Part shown: positions 53,491 to 64,000 of the stretch, one piece after another | Layout of the letters: the number at the start of each line of letters is the position of its first letter | How positions within the stretch are numbered: the stretch's first letter is position 1 | Assembly (NCBI GenBank): GCA_904063045.1 | Contig: CAJFCJ010000014.1 | Span: forward strand, 2,105,643 to 2,169,642 | Direction of reading: 5' to 3' | DNA length: 64,000 nt | From: Dimorphilus gyrociliatus | Lineage: Eukaryota > Animalia > Annelida | The notes under the pieces: generated by a model | What the model saw: the letters and a program-made list of their open reading frames with translations, nothing else | Told to the model about the DNA's origin: nothing | Database searches by the model: none | Position numbers and translations under genes: made by a program

Positions 53491-55662
53491 ATGGGGAATT
53501 CTCCTCGAAGAAATGAAATTACTCGTAAGTTTTATTCAATGAATTAGATAATCAGTATAACATCTTATTAATAAACAGCTTGTACGGATGATAAATGGTC
53601 GAATAGAAGGAGAAAAGAGAGTTTTAAGATAGTTTTAATAGGTAAAGAAAGAGTATACTACGTAGGTAAAACTGTATAGACTTATCAACAAATTTCTCTC
53701 AATAGGCGATAGCGAAGTTGGAAAGACATGTGTCTATCTAAGATATTTAAAGAATCAGTTTTCCACAGAATATCATCATTCTTATCAAATGAATATGGGT
53801 AATACAAAATTATTATGAAAACTCTTGAATTATTCTCTTATTCTTCTCTAGAAAATGTAACGCATAAAGTCGACCTTGATAAGAATATCACTTGTGGTTT
53901 AACTATTCTCGATATCCCAGCCAAGGAGGATATCGATCTTAGAGACACATATTATAGAAATGCTGATGCAGCTATAGGTTAACATTCTATATAACGTTTT
54001 ATTAAAAACATTATTTTTTTATTACTGATTTCTAATAAATCAACAGTCGTAGTAGATCTCACTGATAGAACAAGTATAGAGATGGCTGGTACTTGGAAAC
54101 AAGACTTTTGTAAAAGAGTAACGAAAGTTATCTATAAACGTTCTAAAGACAAGAATGGTCAGGAGAGAATCGTTTCCGAATATATACCAACGAATGGTTA
54201 TAATATGCCTGTCTTACTTCTTGGAAATAAGTTTGATATTGTTAATATTTACACAAGTTAATAATATAAAAGAAAAAACTATTGTTAATAGAAAACGCTT
54301 GTTTTTAATCAATAAATCAATAGATTCAAGATCAGATGGAAGAAGAATTCAAGGATGATTCGAATAATCATTCAGCCTATAATAAAATTTGTCAAGATTT
54401 AAGCCTTGAAGAGAATTTAGATAAAAGTAAAGAAAACAATGATTTACTTTATCCTTTCTTCTAATTATTTTCTCTTGTAAAAAGAACTTGAATTTAGCGA
54501 AAATTCGGAGAACGAAGACGAGGATAGAAATGATGTTATAGTAGATGATTCTTCTTTGGGAAAGAAAAAAAAATTCAAGAAACCTCCTTGCGTTAAACTC
54601 TTAGAGCACGTTGGAGAAGAATTCGACTTTATTTCAAGGTAGAAGGAAGAAGACAATTATAAACAACTATATAGCCCTACTACTATTTATTTTTTATAGT
54701 ATTGCAGCATCCGCCAAGCATAGTACATCGTCTAAAGCATTTCATCTAATATTAAAAAAATTGCTAGAATTGAACGGATACAAAGAAACAGAAGAGAAAT
54801 CAACAGATGAAAATACCAAAAATGATAACGAAACTGAAGAAATCGAAGAGGAATTTTTCGGAATGCAAAAATGTGATATAGAAGAAGTAAGTCATAAAGT
54901 ATTTAATGCGTTAAATGTCGAACGATTTAATATTATAGGTAGACGCCTTAGTTGTTGCCTCTGTTTCATCAATTTCAAAAGTAGAAGATTTATATACATT
55001 CTACAATTTAGCTGAGAAGAAAATGAAACAAATTTTCAATGATATCGATATTATTGAAGATATACATTGCAGCTTAGAAGATTGCGTCTATGGTCTTAGG
55101 CGTTCCGTTTTTAATTCAATAAAGAAAGAACTACAAATTCTACCCTTCGAAGAGTTTGTTCGACTTGTCTACGAGGATAGCGAAGAAGAGACGGACGACG
55201 ACGAAGAAGAGGTTTGTTCTTACAAAATAGTCTTTTCCTTCTATAAACTCGTTTGACGCGTAGATCACTAGAATTAGGAGGAAGTTACCGAGAGGAGTAC
55301 CGGAAGCTTTAGATACATTCAATGCGGAGGTAATTTGTCTTACTCTCTTCGTGATTAATAACAAGTTCACTTTCTTCAATATTCAGTATAGCACAGTATG
55401 CAGTCACATAATTAAACAATCTCCTAATTTACTAAGGAAATTAGAAAATTTAGACGCCTATTTCGAGGGTAAATCGGCGAATGCATACGATATCACACCG
55501 CTTAGAGAAGATGGCCAACCGGACGTTAAAAAAGTTCACGGTGTTAAGAAGATTTGCGAAACAAATCGAGCCAGATTAAAGCATTATATAAGAATGTTAC
55601 AACAATTATGCGAGTTAATAAGAAATTGTAAAGAAAAAGTGAATCTGGCCTTACTTTGGTAG
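53491..55662 (+). CDS. Atypical Rab-like small GTPase domain (Rab32/38/29-like features) with acidic insertion and long C-terminal extension
   Basis: Spliced MGNSPRRNEITPCTDDKW...FKIVLIGDSEVGKT, LDIPAKE, YYRNADAAIVVVDLT, WKQD, LLLGNKFD, AASAK, then about 230 aa of acidic/helical sequence. The 3' end is uncertain: a donor near 55640 may add another exon. Confidence 0.8.
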
Positions 55663-56188
55663 GAATTGAATATTCAATTAAATCATATACTTGATGAAAA
55701 GTTACAGTGTGCTATTTCTATTTACGTATTATTCTTTCTTCTACCTCTCTATAATGTATATTGTTTGTGATAATGACAAGTAATCCTCGACTTCCTGTAT
55801 CGTTCCTTAGCCATAGGAGCTTATGCATGTCCACTATTGGGCCTTTAATGTATTGTTCGAATATTTCTTGTCTTCTTGAGAAATAGAGGTGGACAACCAC
55901 AATTAACAAACCATCAAAAATGCTGATTGCTTGTATTTTTTTTTTTTTGGTAAAAAAAACTGTTGAAACTTACAAGATACTAACTTTCCATGTCACTATA
56001 AACATAGAGACAGAATAACGAAAATAAAAATTTTCACAAGCACAACAAACACAAGCACACTTATTACTACTTTTTTTTTTAATAATGTTAGTAGAAAATG
56101 TATGGTTTACTGAATAGACGAGATCTAATATATAACATTGAAATAAATCCATCAATGTTGGATTTTAACACTTTTTTTCTGTGAAAAG

Positions 56189-58400
56189 TTAACTGGTCTC
56201 ATCTTTCTCTTCTTCGTCATCTTTTTCTTTTTCGTTCTTCTTGGCTGCGGCTTTACCTTTATTCTTCCCAGCTTTTGGTTTTCTTCCACGTTTAAGGAAT
56301 TCTTTGCCTTCCTTGGCCGTTTTCTGCATAGTTCCCTCCTTTTTCAACTCGGCTTTTTTAGCGGGTGCTTTTGCCTTTGCTTTCTTGGGTGGAGCTTCAG
56401 CTTTTTCGGGCGCTGGAGGACGTTTACGCAGTTGACGACCTAAACATAGCAGTTAAAAGTTGTTGAAAGTTCAATCGCAAAATTAAAAAGTAGTTGTATA
56501 ATTTAAGACAAAAAAATTTCGCAAAATGGTTTAATCAGAAAGCTATAATAGGGTAGCTAGTTATCTTTATTAGCAAAGAAAAATTATTAAACTTCTCTTC
56601 AACTGAACCCTTCGTAAATTGTAACCTGGGTGTAACCTAAAATAAAATCAGAAATTCAACTAAATCGATAAAGCTTCTGCAAAAAATCAATGAAGTATAG
56701 AAATAATCCAATTTTAAAGCGAAATTGAAACGTGTTAAGAAGTAATAATTCAACTACTGAGAATTAGTTGTTACAAAATTTTAGAAATGTGAAGCCAACC
56801 TCCTGACAAATCCAAATCCTTTCCAACAAGGGCTTTAGCTTCCGCAGCAGTTTTAGCCATGGATGACATTTTCTTAGGGGCTCCCTTTTTTTTAGTGCCT
56901 TTTTTCTCACCCTTAATATCTTCAATTTTCTTTTGCTGCCCTCTTGTATGGGCATCTTCATCTGGACGGCCTGCAGAATCCAGAAGGGCATTTCCTTCCT
57001 GTTTCAAGAAAATGATGTAAAATTAGTTTTAGTTTTTTCAAATAAAGTGGGAATTATCATATGCAAATAAGAAAAAGCATACAAAATTTTTTAAGAAAAC
57101 GAAACACAGAACAAAAAAAATAAACAATCAGTGTGCGTGAAAGATAAAAAAACAGCAGAAATGAATTAAGAAATTGTGAACAGAAGGGATATTTTTTATT
57201 TTTGTACTGGAGAAAGCAAAGAAACCTTTGCGGTTGCTTTCATAGTTCCCTGTTTCGCCATTTTGGCTTTTTTCCCGACTTTTTTGTCGTCCATTAGGTA
57301 GGGTTTCTTCCATTCGGTCAGATTTTTTTCCAGGAAGGCTTTTCCTTCCTATTTTTATGAAACAATATTTTTTAAAAAATACATAATTGAACTAATAGCT
57401 TAGTGCGTCATAAAAAAAACCTTCAGCGAAAAAAATAGGTGATTTGCTAAGAAAATATTAAAAATTATCAATATAATATAAAAATCTATATAAAAAATGA
57501 AAACAATCGTATTTGTGCCATGTTTACACGGTTACAAAAGAGCAACAGCGTAAATAGACTCTTTTGGAAAAGTTACGTAACAATGGAATACAACTTATCA
57601 ATGAGGACGTTTTAAAGTACTTTATCCCTTTTTTTTGCATGTTTCACTAACTAAACACCTGTTCGTATATTTTTTAAATATAAAAACAACGAACTCAACT
57701 ATATACCAGCGACTATTATACGGAAAATCGATCACATAGTAATTTAGGCCTATTAAAAAATGAATGACAATAAGCTATTAATGCAAATGAAAACAAGTTC
57801 CCCGATTAGTGCTCTTTTTAAAAATAAAGTCTGTTGAATAAAACTCATAATATAAAAACGCTCAAAATGCAAAATCTTTTGATTTTTAAAAGAGGCAAAA
57901 ATTTAACGGTTTTTTCAAATATGGTTTAAAATCAACGCAACGCAAACTCTCTGAATATGCAGAATAAATCGAACATTTTATCGATTACAAATACTTAGTT
58001 AAAATACAATTTTTCATATTTATACCCCTAGTTTTTTTTTTGATTACCGATAAGAGGTCAGATATAACAGCTCTTTGCCTCCATTTGTAACGTAAATGGC
58101 ACGATTTGTAGAAACATATAATAGTGTTCACGGTGTAAACAAAAGAACATTCTACGGCGGGAACGCTTTCAAAGACACTAATTTGGTTGATTGAAGCAGA
58201 TATCAAAATAAATTAGTATTCTTTTGATGAATACTTCTAATTGGTTTCGTAACGACATTATTTACATGTAAATATGAGCCAAAAATTCATTGATCACTAA
58301 TGTCCAGCTATTTATACTAATTTTATAATGTTAAAAATATATTTACCTTAGCTGTAGCTACCATTGTCCCTGCACGGCTTAATTCGGCTTTATCACTCAT
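56189..58400 (-). CDS. Uncharacterised 208-aa Lys-rich protein with four ~21-aa repeats
   Basis: Exons 58347-58400, 57226-57348, 56800-56998 and 56189-56439 join in frame with GT-AG. Repeat consensus K-A-x-L-x-[RK]-x-G-T-M-x-x-T-A-K-E-G-K-x-F-L. Confidence 0.88.
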
Positions 58401-58498
58401 TTTGATCGTTGTTTTTGAGTGAAAATGTCGAAATTTAATAGATATATTGAGCGAAATTAACAGATAGTTTCCGCGATGGCGACCGGCGTATAGCGTGC

Positions 58499-58558
58499 CC
58501 ACGTGACCTTAACTGTAAAATATGATTGGTGTAGAGAATTTCAAACTTTATGACGTCA
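58499..58558 (-). promoter_or_regulatory. Promoter cluster upstream of the Lys-rich gene (E-box, CCAAT, full CRE)
   Basis: CACGTG 58500-58505, ATTGG 58525-58529 and TGACGTCA 58551-58558 lie in a locally GC-richer patch 100-160 bp upstream of the ATG. Confidence 0.55.
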
Positions 58559-60447
58559 CGGGCTATATTTCGACTCTCTTTTTTTCTAGAAAAGGGCTAC
58601 CATTTTTTTAAAAAAGCATAACAAATACACTTTTCACGCTTTTCACGCATTCTTATTCGCAAACAAACGTTTAAGCGGGCTTTAAGTAATGAAATATTGA
58701 ATAGTTCTTTGTTTCAATTGTTTACATCCTAACAGAAAAGTTTTTTGTTTATGAAAACCGGAAACGGAAATCAAATTTGAAAAAAATCTGTTGTTTGAAA
58801 TACTGTTAAAGAGAGCGTTCATTGGAAATAAAACAATATTAGCAAATACCATATTGTAGATAACGTAAACGTTCAAACAGTAGCCTGAAAATGCCATTTT
58901 AAGAAATGAAAAAGATAAAAACCGTAGTTATTTATTTCAAACTTTCCTAAATTTTATCAGACGACTAGTAGTAATATGTTAATTATATAATATTTGTTAG
59001 ATAGTGAAGAGTCTATATTTTTTCAAATATTAATAACAAAATATTAAATGCATGTATATTTTATTATTTTCGTTCAAAACATGAAAAGATTGACCTACTT
59101 TATTGAAAATTTAAAAATAGACTTCTTGAGCACCTGTAGCAATAAATTATAATAACGTATATAACAAAAATTTCATAATTGTTATTTTACGTTATCAATG
59201 ATCTAAGACTAAGGAATTAAATAATAATTGAAATGTCATTGTGATTCAAGAAGCTTTGACAAAAAATAAGCAACGGTTGAAAAACTGAAAATGTAACATT
59301 TTGTGAGCGAGTTGGCCTCTTGCATTCTCGTCAACTGCATTTATAAAGTTGAATATATGATATATATATATATATATATCTTTATTGAAGAGTTAATACC
59401 TGAAAAATTAATATTTAATAGTAACGTTTTTTAACGTAGAAAATATAGGCTTACCTTTTCAATAGAAGTAGATTCAATCATCATCATCTTTTGAATAACG
59501 CTTGAAAATGATACTTAATGATTGAAATTTTATGAAAAAATTGTCTTTTTTTACTTTTTTTTCTTGTTATTATAAGATTATTGAATGTATTGCAAAAAGG
59601 TAGAAAGAAGAATAATAGCAGAGAGAATTATTCTATGGTTAATATATAATTAATAAAAGACTGTATGTTGCAAAATATTTTAGGTTGTATTTATTTTATA
59701 TATATTAATTTAATTACAGTATTAACTAATAATATCACACCAAATATATTAGAGCAATAGGACATTGGCTATTTACAAATTTCGCAAGCAATAGGTGAAA
59801 AAAAATAATGTAATAGCTGGATATGTACATGAATTTCTCAAGCCACAATACAAAAATTGAGTATACAGTAAAATAATTTGACTTTTTTTTTCTTTTTTGT
59901 TTAGATCTTATTGATTTTACATTTGAATATCATACTTAATATTAAATAAGCCAAGTGAGCAAATGTAGTACAAAAGCATTCAATATTAATTATAAAGGTT
60001 ATACATGTAATATACAATATATACTTATTAATGTTTAGTTTGTAAATTACATATATATGCTAATAGATGTGCTATTGTTACTTTTTTTATTTACCATTAA
60101 TTTAAGCTGGTGAATTAAGGTGAAAAAAACATTGAAAATAAGAAATCAATTCAGTATATTTTCGTGGAAAGCGCAAACGGTGATTTTTGTAGGATAATTA
60201 TATTACTTTTACCTTTATTTTTATTACCTTGCATAATGTTTTTAGGTTGTTAGATTCATCCTCTGTTTTATATAATGGAATTTCGGTATAGGTTGGTGGG
60301 ATAAGGGGAAAGAGAGAAAAAAAAAGAAAAAAAGACAAAAATTATCTTTCATGTAAAATTCATATTATTTTTCTTAAAGATATGTAACCGTTGCTGAATT
60401 TACAATTTCAATTGCTGAATCCTGTATTAAATTCCATTGTGGGGTAA

Positions 60448-61611
60448 TCATGCAATACTTGATACTAGAACAGTGGTACTTACAACAATTTGAGTGTCCT
60501 TTTTAGGTTCCTTCTCGTCATTTCTTGAATTTTTCTCGCTCTCTATATCTTTCTTTTTAGCTTTATCTAGTTCCTTCTCAGCTTTCATTTTTTCGAGTAA
60601 TTCTTCCCTCTTTTTACGTCTGATCTCTTCGTGTATTTTCCTTTTGATATCAAACACTAACTCAGGATTGTTCAATAAAGTATAACATTTCCACCATCTA
60701 AATTTTATTTGGTTTCTCTTCAATTGAACTTCTTCATCGACGGCTAAAGGTGCTGCATTTTCAGGATGATCACCAATGCTACCGTTTACGGTTCTGTCAT
60801 CTCTGCTATTTAACTTATCTATAAGCATGTAACAGAAAAATCTTAAGATTGGATGGTTATGATAAAGCTCTAGATAAAGCATTCTTAGATAGGCGTTGTG
60901 ACCCGTGTCCAATTTTTCAAACCCTCTCATCAATAGGCATCTATCTGTTCTACTAATTAAAAGTGCGCCAAAAACGACAGAAAAAACGATTCTCTTGAGG
61001 CAGCCAAATACACCAATAATGACATTAAAGAAGAAAAGAAAGAATGAAATGACGTGAAAAACTCTTCGGTTATTAATAGCCAAAAACCTTCCTTTTTCTT
61101 GCAGAAATGCTAATCTGGCCAGTACTAATTGCAGAATATTTAAAATGATGCTGACCAAGACGCTTGGCCTATATATATTGGAATATGAAATAACAATTGT
61201 TTAATAAATCAATGATAGCTTACCATAAAGAGAGTAAAATTTTTATCAGCCAGTTGACATGACCCTTTAATAGAGGTCTGATAAATAGCAGAATGACAAT
61301 AGATAAGACGACTGTAATAAGTATCATAACCAATGTGAAGCCCCAGAAGAGATAAGCTATTTGATAGCCCGCATATTTAAATGCCGATACAACTGTCGAA
61401 TCCGGAGATGGGAGAGATTTTCCCATAAAATTTTTTCTTCCCTTATAAAGTTTAGCAATGTGAATCCTTAAAAAAAGAAATTATTATATAACTTAATTAT
61501 ATTAAAGATAAACAAAATATTACTTGTAGGCTATAGCCATATGAATACAAAACAAAATATGAAGCATCAATGATAGATAAATACCAGTTAGGAAGCAGCC
61601 TGTTAATTTAC

Positions 61612-61647
<36 letters not shown>

Positions 61648-63789
61648 TGTATACAGTATATACATATACTATAAATTATGAAATATAAAGCGATAGACCT
61701 CTAAAAGTGTTGACAATAGCCAATATTTCGGTTAAGATGGATTTTGGTAATTTTCTATACTTTTCACCGTGAACCACATACAAGATAAGCTGAGAATATA
61801 GCCATTTTTAATTTAGATTTTACAACATTCAACTAATAATTCAACTTATGTAGCTATGATTTATTCATTGAAATTGAATTTTTTAAATTAATAAGCTACA
61901 AATGCCGATTTTTTTTCTTTTCTAAAATTTGGAATTTAAAGAATAAAAACCTCTGTTAAATCATCCAAATTGATTTCATCTTTTTCGGTAACTTGGTCAA
62001 TTACCGCTTCTAGTACATCGTGTAAAAATCTAAATCTCGGATCAATAGTTCTATGAAAGAAAATTGCGATCTGAATAGAAGAAAAGAAGATATTAGAAAT
62101 ATGTGTCTGTATATATATATATATATATAAATTATATATAAGTGAGCATAAAACTAATCTTACACCAAACATTCCAACAACGCCAACAGCGAGAGTAGAG
62201 CACAATCTCGTTGAAAACTTGAATCCTTTTAAAATTGAATGGAAATTTATAGAATTTAAATAAATTTATATAAATTTACCATCTAAATTCTCTAATTTAA
62301 ATTTTGTTTTTATCTTGTAAATAATGTTTTTAACCGGTCTGAAAGTAATAATAAATTAATTAGTAAATCAACTAATAATATAAATACATATGAAAATACT
62401 AACTCCTGGACTTCTTCGGGTTTAAGTAAATCTCTAACGTATTTATAAGCATTAGTTTCTATCAAAGGTACACAAAAATCGCAATTCTATAATAAAAAGG
62501 TAATAATTATTAAATACTGTTTAAAAAATAAACAAATTAGAGAGAAAGAGCAAACTATATTCTTACCCCAACGTTCTGATAGAAAGGAAGTTGAATTTGC
62601 CACTAAAAGATGAAATATAAGTCTTTAATTGTAGTAATAAAATCTTTTTAAGTAAAAATCAATACATTAATCTTGTACAAAGTGATTAAAAAAATAAATC
62701 AAAGAGAATATATAACACATATTAGATATTTGCTAATTAATTAATAAAGTTGAAGCGAAAGAATCTTATTTATTTATTGACACTTTATTTTTGACTGCTT
62801 TGCATTTTAAATACCTTTCCTAAATGCTGATATTCTGGTTTAAGTTTCTAAAGAATTGTTTTTTTAAAAAAAAAAAAGAGAATTAAAAAAAGAAATTAAT
62901 GATAGTTTTGTCAATTTTTTTCCCGTTTGTTCTAAACAGTTTTTTTCACAATTGTATAATAGGAAAAGGTGCATCTTTCTGGTATCGAGGTAACATGTTT
63001 TAATAATACAAACCTTTACTTTTCGAAGATATATTAGCTTTAGGTTGATGAATAGGTCATACAAGTAGCTGAAACTTAATACCAACATTACTAGCAGTAG
63101 AGGTATAAATCCGGCTAAACTTGTTAAGTGAACTATGTTCTGTTTTTAATAAAGCAAAACAAAGGATTAATATAATAGATTACATAATTAAATATTAATA
63201 GTAAAGAAAATGTCATATTAATAGCTTACATAGTATCCAGATCCTCGGGGTGTACAAAAGTACAACTCCCTTGTTCTAATAACCAACCAAAAGAACATGT
63301 TCCCAATTCCAACTAAATTGGCAAAAATAACCTTATGTAGCCGTACACATACAAACATTGGATAAAAGGCCAAACAAAGTAGGCATACGTTCAGCATCTT
63401 AACAAAAGCTATTTAGTAATTAAATAATGGAATGTTTATTAAGACAATATTATATGTTATAAGTGAAACTTTACTATTTATCCATTTCATTTTAGGATCT
63501 TTACGAACTTCGACACCTATTTCCCAAAAATTTTCGCCAAAGAAAAGATCAAGGAGCAGATAACTCATCGAAACAAACGCGCAAACGTAATATAACCGTC
63601 TTTTAGTATCGTCTAATAGATTAACTGGACTGTAATGGTAAAAAAAAGTGAATGAATGTTTAACTTGAAAGAAATAATTTTAATAATTGTCTGTTATTTT
63701 TACAATAAACATCCAGGCCAAGCGCAACAACAATTCAATTTACAACGCCTTCTTCTATCCCAAGCGGACATTATTAGTAGAAACACAAT
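60448..63789 (-). CDS. STRA6-like receptor (retinol-binding-protein receptor family), 5' end not resolved, probably outside the window
   Basis: Spliced pieces WPGCL-PVNLL, RLSTRVLCSTL, KYAGYQIAYLFWGF, INNRRVFHVISFFLFFFNVIIG...RTDRCLLMRGFEKLDTGH...NHPIL, RWWKCYTLLNNPEL. Confidence 0.88.
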
Positions 63790-64000
63790 CTGTTGAATAT
63801 TAATTATAATTAATAGCATTGATATCAAAAATGATTCAAAATTTTTCAAATATTAATTATAATAAAAAGAATAATTGTTATGAAATGGTGGCTAGCCTAT
63901 TAGCTATAAAATATAAATATACATAGTAGTATGCTGTAAATATATACCGTGTTCAGTATATATATATTGGTTTGTTTAACTCCTCTTAATTTATTAAAAT

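Noticed and set aside
55718-55909. Minus ORF (63 aa) between the Rab-like and Lys-rich genes
   Set aside because: No start or splice support on the minus strand; it may instead hold a last exon or UTR of the Rab-like gene. Unresolved.
57985-58206. Minus ORF inside intron 1 of the Lys-rich gene
   Set aside because: Not needed for the frame (exons 1 and 2 join in phase 0 within the repeat) and lacks the gene's composition.

Overview
Very AT-rich, gene-dense metazoan genomic DNA with many 50-90 nt GT-AG introns and abundant (TA)n microsatellites. This resembles a compact-genome lophotrochozoan such as the annelid Dimorphilus, which is an inference and not established. I can reconstruct 15 protein genes: divergent histone H2B/H2A pair, MCT/SLC16-like transporter, two DHRS11-like SDRs (one nested antisense in an intron of the cyclase), an atypical 2-TM guanylyl cyclase, an LRR-TM protein, an SLC22 transporter, hexokinase, an intronless GlpQ-type GDPD, SEL1L3, FUOM, TMEM198, an atypical Rab-like protein, a Lys-rich 4-repeat protein and a 5'-truncated STRA6-like gene. 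There are also two identical tRNA-Asp(GTC) genes. Most striking observations: (1) at least 22 TATA-CAG/CTG-TATA motifs matching the excision footprint of Sleeping-Beauty-type Tc1 transposons, with no intact element seen; (2) a 208-aa basic protein missed by the ORF track, built from four copies of a ~21-aa motif I do not recognise, with introns at the same repeat position; (3) a canonical stem-loop H2A that carries an intron; (4) a kinase-less sensor-like guanylyl cyclase; (5) a possibly myristoylated pseudo-GTPase Rab with a long C-terminal extension; (6) recurrent CTCF-like AGATGGCG motifs at gene boundaries. All coordinates and counts were obtained by eye; no database searches were run.
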